From contig NC_087437.1 of the NCBI RefSeq assembly GCF_036321535.1, positions 92,878,001 through 92,942,000 on the forward strand: DNA of 64,000 nt, read 5' to 3'. Both the position numbers and the translations under genes were made by a program. Below the pieces are notes generated by a model. It ran no database searches and was not told the DNA's origin. It was given only the letters and a program-made list of their open reading frames with translations. Shown here piece by piece: positions 50,992-64,000 of this stretch. The DNA is from Camelus dromedarius (lineage: Eukaryota). Position 1 is the first letter of the stretch, and each line of letters starts with the position of its first letter.

Positions 50992-53900
50992 ATGGCAATA
51001 AACACACATCTATCATTAATTACTGTAAATGTTAATGGGCTAAATGCTCCAGTCAAAAGACACAGAGTGGCAGACTGGATAATAAAGCAAGAACCTTCAA
51101 TATGCTGCATACAAGAGACCCACTTTAGGGAGAAGGACACATATAGATTGAGAGTGAAAGGATGGAAAAGGATATTCCATGCAAATGGAAAAGCCAAAAA
51201 AGCAGGTGTCGCAGTACTGATTTCAGACAAAATAGACTTTAAAACAAAGGCCATAAAGAAAGATAAAGAAGGACATTTTATAATGATTCAAGGAGGGATA
51301 CAAGATGAGGATATTACACTCGTTAATATATATGCACCCAATATAGGAGCACCTAAGTACATACAAGAATTACTAACAGAGATAAAAGGGGATATTGATG
51401 GGAATACAATCATAGTTGGAGATTTTAACACTGCATTAACATCACTAGACAGATCTTCCAGACAGAAAATAAACAAGGCAACAGAGAAATTAAATACTAC
51501 AATAGAAAAACTAGATTTGGTGGATATTTTCAGAGCATTAAACCCCCCCAAAATAGGATATACATTCTTTTCAAGTGCACATGGAACATTTTCCAGGATC
51601 GATCATGTATTTGGACACAAAAGAAACCTCAACAATTTTAAGAAGATAGAAATTATCTCAAGCATCTTTACTGACCACAATGCCATGAAACTGGAAATCA
51701 ACAACAGAGAAACAAAGGAGAAAAAAGGAAAGCATGGAGATTAAACAATATGTTATTGAAAAAACAATGGATCAATGAGGAAATCAAAGCTGAAATTAAA
51801 AAATACCTTGAAACAAATGATAATGAAAGCACAACCACTCAAAACCTATGGGACACAGCAAAGGCAGTGCTAAGAGGGAAGTTTATAGCGATACAGGCCT
51901 TCCTCAAAAAAAAAGAACAATCTCAAATAAACAATTTAACCCACCACCTGAATGAATTAGAAAAAGAAGAACAAAAAGCCCCAAAAAGCAGCAGAAGGAA
52001 GGAAATAATAAAGATCAGAGAGGAATTAAATACAATAGAGATTAACAAGACCATAGAAAAAATCAACCAAACCAAAAGCTGGTTTTTTGAAAAAGTAAAT
52101 AAAATCGACAAACCTCTGGCCAAACTCACAAAGAAGAAAAAAGAGAGAGCACAAATTAGCAAAATAAGAAAGGAAAATGGAGAAATTACAACAAACAAAA
52201 TAGAAATACAGAATATAATACGAGAATATTATGAAAAACTATATGGAACCAAACTGGATAAACTAGAGGAGATGGACAAGTTTCTGGAAACATACTGTCC
52301 ACCAAAACTGAATCAAGAAGAATCTGAACACTTGAACAATCCGATCACTAGAAAGGAAATAGAAATAGCAATTAAAAACCTCCCTACAAATAAAAGTCCA
52401 GGACCGGACGGCTTCACCGGGGAATTCTACCAAACATACAAAGAAGAACTCATACCAGTCCTTCTCAAACTCTTCCAGACGATTGAAAAGGAGGGAATAC
52501 TCCCAAACTCATTCTATGAAGCCACCATCACCCTGATACCAAAACCAGGCAAAGACACTACAAAAAAAGAGAATTATAGGCCAATATCACTGATGAACAT
52601 AGACGCCAAAATCCTCACCAAAATTTTAGCAAATAGAATCCAACAACACATAAAAAAGATTATACATCATGACCAAGTGGGGTTCATCCCAGGGACACAA
52701 GGCTGGTTCAACATATGCAAATCAATCAGTGTAATACATCACATCAACAAGAGAAAGGACAAAAACCACATGATCATCTCAATCGATGCAGAAAAAGCAT
52801 TTGATAAAATTCAACACCCATTTATGATAAAAACTCTCGCCAAAGTGGGTATAGAGGGAACATATCTCAACATAATAAAAGCTATATATGACAAACCTAC
52901 AGCCAGCATAGTACTCAACGGTGAAAAACTCAAAAGCTTCCCACTAAAATCTGGGACAAGACAAGGATGCCCACTATCACCACTCCTATTCAACATAGTC
53001 CTGGAAGTCCTAGCCACAGCAGTCAGGCAAGAGAAAGAAATAAAAGGGATCCAAATTGGAAAAGAAGAGGTAAAAGTGTCATTATATGCCGACGACATGT
53101 TACTATATATAGAAAACCCTAAAAGGTCCACACAAAAGCTACTAGAGCTGATTGAAGAATTCAGCAAGGTAGCAGGTTACAAAATTAACGTTCAAAAATC
53201 AGTTGCATTTCTTTACACTAACGATAAATCAACAGAAGAAGAAAGTGAAGAAATAATCCCCTTTAAAATAGCACCCAAAATAATAAAATATCTGGGAATA
53301 AATCTAACCAAGGAGGTGAAAGAATTATACACAGAAAACTATAAACCACTGATGAAGGAAATTAAAGAAGACTTTAAAAAATGGAAAGATATTCCATGCT
53401 CTTGGATTGGAAGAATCAATATTGTTAAAATGGTCACACTGCCCAAGGCAATCTACAGATTTAATGCAATCCCTATCCAATTACCCAGGACATATTTCAC
53501 AGAACTAGAAAAAAATCATAATAAAATTCATATGGAACCATCAAAGACCTAGAATTGCCAAAGCATTACTGAAGAGAAAGAAAGAGGCTGGAGGAATAAC
53601 TCTCCCAGACTTCAGACAATACTGTAGAGCTACAGTCATCAAGACAGCATGGTATTGGTACCAAAACAGACATATAGACCAATGGAACAGAATAGAGAGC
53701 CCAGAAATGAACCCACCAACTTTTGGTCAACTCATCTTCGACAAAGGAGGCAAGAATATACAATGGAATAAAGACAGTCTCTTCAGCAAATGGTGTTGGG
53801 AAAACTGGACAGCAGCATGTAAAACAATGAAGCTAGAACACTCCCTTACACCATATACAAAAATCAACTCAAAATGGATTAAAGACTTATTTAAACATAA

Positions 53901-54792
53901 GACAAGATACAATAAACCTCCTAGAGGAAAACAGGCAAAACATTATCTGACATACATCTCAAAAATTTTCTCCTAGAAGAAATAAAAGCAAGAATAAACA
54001 AATGGGACCTAATGGAAACTTACAAGCTTCTGCACAGCAAAGGAAACCAGAAGTAAAACAAGAAGAAAACCTACGGAATGGGAGAAAATTTTTGCAAGTG
54101 AAACCGACAGAGGCTTGATCTCCAGAATATATAAGCAGCTCATATGACTCAATAAGAAAAAAATAAACAACCCAATCCAAAAATGGGCAGAAGACCTAAA
54201 CAAGCAATTCTCCAAGGAAGACATACAAATGATCAAAAAGCACATGAAAAAATGCTCAATATCACTAATTATCAGAGAAATGCAAATCAAAACTACAATG
54301 AGGTATCACCTCACACCAGTCAGAATGGCCGTCATTCAAAAATCCACAAATGACAAATGCTGGAGAGGCTGTGGAGAAAGGGGAACCCTCCTACACTGCT
54401 GGTGGGAATGCAGTTTGGTGCAGCCACTATGGAAAACAGTGTGGAGATTCCTCAAAAGACTAGGAATAGACTTACTCTATGACCCAGGAATCCCACTCCT
54501 GGGCTTGTATCCAGAAGGAAATCTACTTCAGGATGACACCTGCACCCCAATGTTCATAGCAGCACTATTTACAATAGCCAAAACATGGAAACAGCCTAAA
54601 TGTCCATCAACAGGTGACTGGATAAAGAAGTGGTGGTATATTTATACAATGGAATACTACTCAGCCATAAAAACCGACAACATAATGCCATTTGCAGCAA
54701 CATGGATGCTCCTGGAGAATGTCATTCTAAGTGAAGTAAGCCAGAAAGAGAAAGAAAAATACCATATGAGATTGCACATATGTGGAATCTAA
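50992..54792 (+). pseudogene. L1 ORF2p (APE endonuclease, reverse transcriptase, CCHC domain), frameshifted
   Basis: NVNGLN, IQETH, GDFN, TDH; QGCPLSP, YADD (53085-53096); [13 protein letters not shown]; frame breaks near 51721-51726, 53509-53515, 53890, 53933, 54015. Confidence 0.95.
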
Positions 54793-55127
54793 AAAACAAA
54801 AACAAAAACAAACAAACAAACAAAAACAAAGCGTAAATAAAGGACAGAAATAGACTCACAGACAGAGAATACAGACTTGTGGTTACTGGGGGGTGGAGGG
54901 TGGGAAGGGATAGACTGGGATTTCAAAATTGTAGAATAGACTACACTGTATAGCACAGGGAAATATACACAAAATGTTATGATAACTCACAGAGAAAAAA
55001 ATGTGACAATGAGTGTGTATATGTCCATGAATAACTGAAAAATTGTGCTGAACACTGGAATTTGACACAACATTGTAAAATGATTATAAATCAATAAAAA
55101 ATGTTAAAAAAAAAAGAGATGTTTTAA

Positions 55128-55315
55128 AATTCTGGTTCTGCCAATAATTTGGGGGGTGATCTTGGTCAAGTTACTTAACATGTCTGATCTTTGGGTACTT
55201 CATTTGTGTAATAAGTATAGAATTCTCAACACATAGAATTGAGAGAATTGAATGAGATATTGTTTGTAGAGCACTTAGCACATAGTAGGTGCTCCATAAT
55301 AGGTAGCAGTTATCA
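55128..55315 (+). mobile_element. MIR SINE relic directly 3' of the L1 TSD
   Basis: gtgatcttggtcaagttacttaac...ttgaatgagatat...agcacttagcacatagtaggtgctccataa. Confidence 0.7.
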
Positions 55316-56413
55316 CTGAAATCACCACAGGTTGTTGACATTTTCTACTATTATAGATACTCCATGATGAAACGTATTGAGAGAACCATTTGTTCAATCC
55401 CCATTCTTAATGGATGCTGTACTAGATGTTGAGAATATAAAATTAAACAAAAGGTAATCCTTGGCTTTATGGCATCTATAATGTGGTGGGATAAAGTGTC
55501 AGCAGAGAAGCTTATAATAGTGTATGATTATACCATTGGGGCAATTTGGTCAAAGCTCTTTGTGAACCCAGCCTTGGGAAAGGTTGATCTCTGAGTAATG
55601 AGGAGCTTATGTGAGTTGTCAAGTCCAGTAGTTTTGATTATGAGCAGGCTTTAATTATCAGTACTACTATGTGATCTGGCCAGAGCATTTTGAGAACACT
55701 GAGTAGGAAAACAGTGGCCCAGAAGCAATAAGAGTTCTAGATGAACTTAAAGTTTCCATTTAGTGATGCTGAATAGGCTACTAAGTTAAGGATCAGGGTG
55801 GCATTATTAGCAAACAGATTTAGCTGTACTTGAATGGAATTTAACTTTGAGTTTTGTTTCAAATCTACTTACAGCATTATGGTCTTGGTTATGGTAGTTT
55901 AATTTGGTGCAAAGACTCTTGCTAATATAGGTAAGTGATATTTATAAATGTTATTTTACATCTGCACTTCATTACAAAGCCTACAGAGTATTATTGCTCA
56001 GTAATATTTAAATCCTTTACCTCAATCTCAATTTGGGTAAATATTTAAAAGAATAAAAATAATAAACTGAGACATGCAGACAATATAGTAGACTACTCTA
56101 CTTGCCAAACTATTCTGTGCTTTCATACCTATTCTGTTTGGGACATTGGATGTAAAAAAGAAATGTGTGTGTGTGTGTGTGTACACATAGATAGATGGAT
56201 ATAGATATGAAACTTGGATTTTTATAACTTAAAAGAGAACTTGCCAATATGTTAGGAGTCACTATGAAAGCTCTTTGATCTTTTGGTTTTGTAGCTGACA
56301 GAATTTTGAAACCTTTGTCTCCCTCAGTAAAGGCAAAAATCTGTCAGGGTGTTTGATAGACCTTTGATATTTCATGGCGATTTAGTCCAAAAGATGTGGA
56401 TTTTTTGTTGGAA

Positions 56414-56454
56414 ATTATATATATATATATAAAATTTATATATATATATATATC
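56414..56454. repeat. Interrupted (TA)n microsatellite
   Basis: attatatatatatatataaaatttatatatatatatatatc. Confidence 0.9.
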
Positions 56455-58510
56455 TCCTAGGATTCTTTGATATATATTAGTATAGTGTGTCCTGTGCCAT
56501 TGTCAAAGTGAAAATTGATTCATTTATCCTGTTCCTAATATAAAAATGTTCACGAAGATAAAGTCCATGTTTCTCTGGCTGTATTTAATAAATTCAAAAG
56601 TGAGATTGGGTTTGTTCATTTGCCACATGCCAATATATAAGCTTTCTGATTTTTGGTGATCTGTAGATGAAAAATTAGTGTTCATTAGTTTTTATCTTAT
56701 AATTCGTATAATGACCATTTGGTTTGAAACTATACTTCAGGGGTGTAAATAGTACTTTTTGCATATTTTGCTTTAACTCAGTTAATTCAGGTTCATTGTG
56801 ACAGATATACCTGCTTTCAGATAAAATTCTCTGGGCAATTAGAATCAGCACCAGTGTGAATTTGTTTTTTGTTAGACTTTAAACAGTAAAATAGGGAAAA
56901 AATGCTTTGTCGTTTTGTTTAGTTAGTGTAAATACGACAAGTTTTAATTTTTTTAAGTGTGTTTTCTGATGGTTCTATTTTTGAGCATTTGCAACTTTCT
57001 AACGTATAATAGAAGTTTTTTTTATCAAAAATTTACCATGTGAAAATTATTTCACAAATACTAAGTAACAGATAATGTAAATTTAGTATAGAAGTCCAAA
57101 GCAGCTGGAAAACTGTAAACTGCAGAGTTTGTTGTGTACTATTATGAGTACCAATGAAGTGCAGATACTCTGGAAGCAAAGTCTTGGATTTATCTTCTAG
57201 CTTCACCCACTTAATAACTGTGTGTCCTTGGGCAAAAATTGCTTAACCTCTTGTTTCTTCATCTGTACTCATCATACTTCCTTTTAGTGACTGTAGAATT
57301 TTTGAGAATGTTTGAGTAACAATGGCCTTCATATTAAAAGACAAAAGGACATAACCATCATGGCTTTTAATCTATTTATTGATACAATGAATTATATTAA
57401 GAACAAGTTTCTCCTAGTGATTTAAAAGATTAGAATTGCTTTCCGGCAGGTTGGTTGCCCACACATTCTCAGGAGCATAGCTATTGTGCAGGCTGTGGTT
57501 TACATTGTAGAAGACCTAAAGCCCCTCTCTAGCCCCAACCTCTGGTCTTTGCCATGTAATTTTTCCAAAAAGAGAAACCTGACCACAGAGCAGAGTGCTA
57601 TTTGAGCCAAGAACTGTTGAAACATTAAGCTAGATTTCTTCCTAAAAATCAGTAGACTAAGACTGTGTTAGCTCATGTTTCATATTACACAAGAGAAAAT
57701 AAACTGAAAGGTCAGTTGAACAGTTACAGCATTGCCCTTTTCCAAGGTAATCAGCAGAGCATGTAGCAAAGACGTGAACAGAAGCGTGACCGGAAAGAGA
57801 GTGGCTGATAAAGAGGCTGGCTGCTTAAAGTGCTTGGGACAATGCTTGACACTTCCAGGCCTGACCAGATGGGCCATCTCACAGGGCTTACCTTCAGTAA
57901 TTCTGATTTATTACATTCAGATGATTTTTTTTTTCTAGTTAGGCAGTCAGGTTTTTACATTGCCAGAAGACCCCAGAAATTTTAATATTGACCATTAATC
58001 ATACCTTGGTAAACTGCAAGGGCAATATATTATTAATTTGTTTGCAGCCAAGAGACAAGACACAGTGATTAAAATTAATTTCTAGCTACATTTTGTTAAT
58101 TTATTCTAATTAATTAATCTGTTAAAAATTCAAAATATGTTTACATTAATGGCTGTATAGCAGATTCTTTTAGTTGTGTCATTAAGTGTCATTTCCATTA
58201 TCCTAAATGTTGGATTCTAGACATAAACACTTACATTATTAAAATAAATATGGAGTTGTATAGGGCTTTCTAAGTAATACCACCAAGTGAAGTATTTTTA
58301 GTTTTTCATTAATTGAATAAGAACATTTTATGTTTTTGGTTCTGAAGGATTTAGATCTGTTAGGATCTCAGCCATGATCTCCCTCCACCCCTCAACTCTA
58401 TGGCCTAGTACCAGAATTAAGAAAGAACATTTAATAAATAATAGCCATCATTTACTTTCAGGACACAATTTTAAATAGTAGCAACTTTCACTTTTAAAAG
58501 TTAACTTTTA

Positions 58511-58643
58511 GGGAGGAAGATGTAACTCAGTGGTAGAGCATGAGCTTGGCCCGGAAAAGGTCCTAGGTTCAATCCCCAGTACCTCCATCAAAAAAATAAA
58601 TAAAACTAATTACTCCCCCCCAAAAATATAAATAAAAATAAAC
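58511..58643 (+). mobile_element. tRNA-derived SINE (camelid vic-1-like)
   Basis: A-box taactcagtggtagagc, B-box ggttcaatcccc, A-rich tail; perfect TSD aaaagttaactttta (58496-58510, 58644-58658). Confidence 0.88.
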
Positions 58644-59184
58644 AAAAGTTAACTTTTAACAGTTTTGAATTGACCTCATTCTCCTCTTCCCAAAAAGTAA
58701 GATTGAATGATTTCTACATAATCATAATTTCTCTATAAATTTTATTAATTGGAAACTCAAAGTAGCCAAAATTACTTCTAACTTCAGGCCAAGTAAGTAC
58801 AAAATTATTATTTAAATAGTTTTTATTCTTTAACATCAAAAAATAAGAAATCAATTATTTACTCTTAAGTATGATCTGAGGATAGATTTTTATCTGATTG
58901 TCTACAGTACATTTAATTATGTTTTAGAGGTGGTACAAAATAAGTAAGATTTTTTACAAAAGGTTAAAATTAGTAATGCACTTAATGTTTGGTTGTGACT
59001 GAATTAACATTTAAATTTTATTACTGTACTATTATGAGCATGATATAACTATTGTATTTTTTCAAGGTTTTTGTTTTTGTTTTCTACTTAGAAATCTCTT
59101 GATTTCTTGTCTGAAAAAAAAGGAAAGATGAGGTATGCCATAAAGTAATTTATTTTTGGTGGACCAGTAATATATAAGCATGAT

Positions 59185-59345
59185 AATCCTGATGTCAGTG
59201 GCATTATCTTCCTGTTTTATAAATGAGGAGGCTGAAACTCTGAGATCATTAAGTGAAAAATCTAAGGTCAGTTTGCTAATGGGCCTAGCAATAGAACCCA
59301 ATCCTTTATTTCTAAAATCTGAAGTCCTTTCTATAGTGTGTCATG
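59185..59345 (-). mobile_element. MIR SINE relic
   Basis: ttttataaatgaggaggctgaaactctgagatcattaagtgaaaaatctaaggtca. Confidence 0.6.
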
Positions 59346-61109
59346 CCTGGAACGTAGTACGTGGTCCATACCAATTAGTCTTAGACTGATTTCTTGTGTG
59401 AAAGAACTCATTTCTTTAACATCTCGTCCCAAATCTTATGAACATAGGGTTGTGATAGAAAAGCTACTTGAATTAAAAACCACAGACATGCATGTTACTA
59501 TCAGTTTGAGTAGAAGTGAGATTGATGGGAATGAATGGTCTTCCACTCAGTTTTTATCAGTTCTCCAGAATAGACCTAAAGCACAGAATAGTCTGCATTC
59601 TTCTTAAGTAGCACTGACTGCTGAGGGGGATGTGTTTTGGCTTCTGGCAACAATAGGTGTCTTGACTGGGCCATCATCTACCCTGGTTTCCTATTTACTT
59701 TTCTAGCTCCATACGTTTGATCTTGATAGAACATCCAAGTCAGTGAATCAACGTCCTATGTGAGATCATGTATTTCCTTACAAACTTGGTTGTTTAGTCA
59801 CACAGGACCTACAGGAGCAAGAGTTAGGGATTTATCTGAGGACTGCTTCCCATTTTCTATCTCATGGATTAAAGTGTGTCCCTTTAAAACTTTGGCCTTT
59901 TTTTCTCCACACATCCCAGTTGTAATGCCTGGCCTCTTCCAGGAGCTGCTTGCAAGCTATAGCCTTCATAGTTCCAGTCAAATGAGTGCACAAATCCTGG
60001 AGGGCCAGTGGGACTGAGTGAGCAATTGATCTCATACAGTTAGAGTGGATTGTATCTTTCTTATATTTTAAAAGGCTATTGATTTTTCTATGTTGCTTTC
60101 AAATCCGGCAATTGTATTGAATATATTAATTGTCCTAATATTGTGTTTATTCATCATTTCATGTGAAAGATAATATGCTAAGCATTTTAGGTATGTTACC
60201 TCATTTGATTATCATTTGATTATCTTATGAAATATGTTCTGTTATTCTCATTTCCGATTGAAAATTTAGTCTTAGGTACAGTTAAGAGGTAGGATTGGGA
60301 TTCAAATTCAGGCATAATAATCCTAATCTTAAACCTAAATCAAACCATTTTATCACAATTGCCTACCACAGTCTGGCAAGTAATAGGTGCTCACTAAATA
60401 TTTGTTCATTGAGTGCTTAATATGTGCCACTATTTTAGGTGCTTGTATACATCAATGTGCAAAACAGATAATTTTCCTTGTCTTTGTGGAATTTACATTA
60501 TACTTCTGTTTTTGGGTTATAAACCATTATAAGTGCCTTATACTATGCTTTCTCGCCCTTTGTTTTTTGCTCTATTATCTCTTTAGTGTAATAAAGAATG
60601 TCTTGAAGGCATAGAGTCTCTAATGTCTTTCTTCTCTATGTTCTCAGTGACTAGCATAACTAAATATATAGTAGATGCTTAGTAATATTTGTGGAATAAA
60701 TGGGTAGATTTTACCAACCCTTGTTTGTCACTTTTAATTAAATGGCCCCATTTTTACTGTTGCCTGATAAATGAAGTTTAGAGTGTATGTTAACTTGGAT
60801 ACAGATGAGAAATGTCAGTAAAATTTTAAATGAAATTTTGAAAATTATGTATTTATTTATTAATACATTGAAATATTTAAAAATAAGGAACAACATTCAA
60901 AAATAAGAAACTATGTCTACTATGATATCAATTTTTAAATTATTTTCATTGCTCAGTCTTATATAACAAAAGAATCCACAAAACCCTGTTCAGTCTACTT
61001 AATAAAGACTTCATTAATCTCCGGATTCTGCCTACTGAAATTCATCCTTCATACTGCTCCCTTTAAAGCATGTCTCTGATTGTATTAGTTGTCTCCTCTG
61101 TCAAGTCTT

Positions 61110-61385
61110 TTTTAAAAATTTTTTTTATATTAACTTTTTTTGTGTGTGTATTTTTTTTATTGGGTTATAGTCATTTTACAATGTTGCGTCAAGTTCCAGT
61201 GTAGAGCACAATTTTTCAGTTATACATGAACGTACATACATTCATTGTCACATTCTCTTATATTAACTTTTTTTGGGGGTGGGTGGGGGGAGGTAATTAG
61301 GTTTATTTAATGGAGGTACTGGGGATTGAACCCAGGACCTTGTGCATGCTAAGCATGTACTCTACCACTAAGCTGTACCCTCCCA
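61110..61385 (-). mobile_element. tRNA-derived SINE (same family as 58511) with an L1 tail nested in its A-rich tail
   Basis: tggaggtactggggattgaacccaggacc...tctaccactaagct; TSD ctcctctgtcaagtctt (61093-61109) / ctcctctgtaaagtcct (61386-61402). Confidence 0.88.
61142..61257 (-). mobile_element. Short L1 3' tail
   Basis: Matches the 3'UTR end of the L1s at 55000-55100 and 63075-63190; perfect TSD ttatattaacttttttt (61125-61141, 61258-61274). Confidence 0.88.
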
Positions 61386-62859
61386 CTCCTCTGTAAAGTC
61401 CTAAAGGTTTTTATTTTTTATTTAATTTATTATCTAACTGAAAACCATCTTTTCATCCTGACTGACCACTAGATTTCTATCCATCCTCCTGCTCTGGCCA
61501 CATGCAGCTAGTCATCATGGCCACAAGAACCACCTTCATTTTTACACATGTAATGTTCTTCTCTTGTCTTTTCTCCAACTGTCAAAATATACTACTCATC
61601 CTTCAAGGTATAGCACAAATGCCAGCCACTTTTTGAAGCCTTCTCTAATCTCTTCTCCCAGTAGTTCCTTCTGTTGTCTTGCTTATTCTTGTATTAACAC
61701 TTGCTTATCTCAGCCCTATCCTGTCCTGAGTTGAACAGTCTTCTGTTGGACTGATGTTCTTAAAGAAAGAATCTAATTTTATGTAACTGAATCATTAGCA
61801 TACAATAAGTAATTTTTACCCTGTAATAAAGATGCTGTGTTTTTTGTTGTTGTTGAATACTTATCCTTGATTAAGGCACAGAAACTATTCACTTTAAAGT
61901 CTCAAATGCCCATTCTTCTATTTGACAGACTTAACAGGTAGATAATTTTGTACATTGCAGATATTTTTTGCTTCAAGAAGAAAGTTTTTGCTAGTCACCT
62001 TGAGGTCTTTTTAAAGGCTGATTTAAAAAGATACTTTTTTCTTTCAAAAAAAATTCCATTCCTCCCTCCTTTAACCTTATTTCCCCATTTTTAGTTATTA
62101 AAAATTTCTGTTGAGCTTTTTTTTTTTTACTTCTGTGCTTTTTCTTGCCTCTAATCTAAGTTTCCCCTAGGAAGCAGATGACAATATAAAATCTTGAGAA
62201 TTAAGCTAGCAAGGAAAGGATTTCCCCCATGGCTTCCTAGGATTTCAGGCCCACTCAGAAGCACTTGAGAAAGAATTGTACATCCTAGGCATTTCCAGAT
62301 AAGGTATGATCCTTCTTCCCTGACCTATCTCCTGTGTTCAGACCTTGCCTGAAATTAGAACTTCAGTACAGATCTAGGATGAACTGTCTTATAGGAGAAC
62401 AAAGATTTTAGTCTGTTTCATTTTTTTTCTGAATTTATCTTTTGTTACTTTCCTAAAGTGACTATTCCCTCCCACCCCCGATCAATCCAATTTTTAAAAC
62501 TTTCTTCCAAATGTTTTATAATCCGTACATTCAAGTTAAGATGGAGTACCTAGTATGTGTTATGTCTTAATATGCCTATATTGCCTATATTTGCAATTTT
62601 TCACAGCAGGAAGAAATGATAAGGGTTCTCAAACACTTTTGGAATTTAAGGAGAAATAATCCCTCATGTTTGCTAATAATTAACATGCACATTAAAGTCT
62701 AAACAAATATTATAAGTTAAAAAAATTAATAAATTAAAAAATATATTACAGCATTGCCTGGCACTGAGGTGGTGAAAAGTTACAGCTTACAATTATCAAG
62801 TGCTTGCTGACTACTGTGGGGATGACTCCTAGTATGATTTCATTGATTCCTTATAAACT

Positions 62860-62995
62860 ATGTGGTTCCCCCACTTAACAGGGGAAGAAATTAAGGAAAA
62901 GGAGGTTAAGTGATTTGTTCAAGGTCACATATAGTATATAACAGTCAGGATTTGAACTTACACTGTTTATTTCTAGAGACTTAGCTGATTCTCTT
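62860..62995 (-). mobile_element. MIR SINE relic
   Basis: ggaggttaagtgatttgttcaaggtcacat...caggatttgaactta. Confidence 0.6.
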
Positions 62996-63074
62996 AATTA
63001 TTAAGATTAACCATTATTTAAGATTAATTATTAAGATTAGTAGCTTTATGAGTAAAACATAAAGAACTTTCTTT

Positions 63075-63443
63075 TTTTTTAACATTTTTTATTGAGTTAT
63101 AGTCATTTTACAATGTTGTGTCCATTTCCAGTGTAGAGCACAATTTTTCAGTTATAGATGATCATACATATATTCATTGTCACTTTTTTTTTTCACTGTG
63201 AGCTACCACAAGATCTTGTATATATTTCCCTGTGCTATACAGTATAATCTTGTTTATCTATTCTACATTTTGAAATCCCAGTCTGTCCCTTCCCACCCTC
63301 CTCCCACTTGGCAACCACAAGTTTGTATTCTATGTCTATGAGTCTGTTTCTGTTTTGTATTTATGTTCTAGTTTTTTTTCTTCAGATTCCACATATGAGC
63401 GATCTCATATGGTATTTTTCTTTCTCTTTCTGGCTTACTTCAC
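63075..63443 (-). mobile_element. 5'-truncated young L1 (ORF2 last codons + 3'UTR)
   Basis: Reverse complement aligns to 54730-55110; TSD taaagaactttcttt (63060-63074) / taaagggctttcttt (63444-63458). Confidence 0.9.
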
Positions 63444-64000
63444 TAAAGGGCTTTCTTTAAAAGGAAAATTTGACTTTTAATTTGAGATTCTTGTCTCTTG
63501 ATTTACTTAAGGTATACATTTTGTGATGAATGATGCTATATCTCTGTTGCTTATTACCTTCTTGACCTTGGGCAGCTTGCATATTTATCTGTGCCCCTAT
63601 TCCTTTAGTTCTAAAAAGAGGATTAGAAACATCAATGTAGAGATCAAATCTGATAATATTTTTATATCTGTACAAAATGCTAGTTGCAATACTAACTTCA
63701 TTTTATGTTCTTGGTTACCAAGAATTTGACCCAGTTTTTAAATATTCTGTAAATTCATAGCAGAATATTAAGAGAGACGACTGTAGTAGGAGAGGGCACA
63801 GGCATGATGAGCTTGCTGTATCCTCAGGCACTTTCTTTTTCGAGCCACAGTGATTTCAAAGTGGAATGTGTATTTCTGTAGCAGAGCTATAGGGCTGACC
63901 TTGAGGAAGTCAAGATATTTAGTTAAAGTAAAATCATGCTATAATCCTGTTTCTGTTCAATTTTTAATAAATAGGACATTTGTACATATCCTGTGAAACT

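Larger units (their letters stand above)
47937..55112 (+). mobile_element. Full-length LINE-1 (~7.18 kb), lineage-specific, inactive as assembled
   Basis: Perfect TSD aaagagatgtttta (47923-47936, 55113-55126) at a tt|aaag site; CpG-rich 5'UTR, ORF1, spacer, ORF2, 3'UTR with aataaa (55093-55098) and short A tail. Confidence 0.97.

Noticed and set aside
50992..54792. Novel reverse-transcriptase system (retron/DGR-like)
   Set aside because: Canonical LINE-1 ORF2 domain order (EN-RT-CCHC) with ORF1, poly(A) and TSD
58511..58590. tRNA gene (also 61310-61385)
   Set aside because: A/B boxes are present but there is no proper acceptor stem; A-rich tail and TSDs identify SINEs
62995..63040. Short repeated ttattaagatta motif
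   Set aside because: Low-complexity AT-rich slippage repeat with no further structure

Overview
Mammalian genomic DNA (AT-rich, repeat-dense, not microbial). The tRNA-derived SINEs and the LINE-1 3' ends point to a camelid (inference from recalled repeat families). The only host gene I can support is GBE1 (glycogen branching enzyme) on the + strand: a CpG-island promoter with TATAAA at 15445 and coding exon 1 at 15594-15745. About 48 kb of intron 1 follows, and I found no exon 2 in the window. The intron holds a full-length (~7.2 kb), TSD-flanked, frameshifted LINE-1 in sense orientation (47937-55112) with a perfect 8 x 17-bp GC-rich array in its 5'UTR. It also holds several 5'-truncated young L1 tails, two tRNA-derived SINEs, and many ancient MIR/L2/MaLR/ERVL/Tigger/hAT relics. 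The most unusual structure is a U3 snoRNA-L1 chimeric retrocopy (21019-21960, - strand, own TSD) into which a second L1 tail later inserted. I see no evidence for a new multi-gene system. The findings are retrotransposition and DNA-repair footprints plus regulatory hypotheses. Repeat family names are from memory of consensus sequences and need RepeatMasker/Dfam confirmation.
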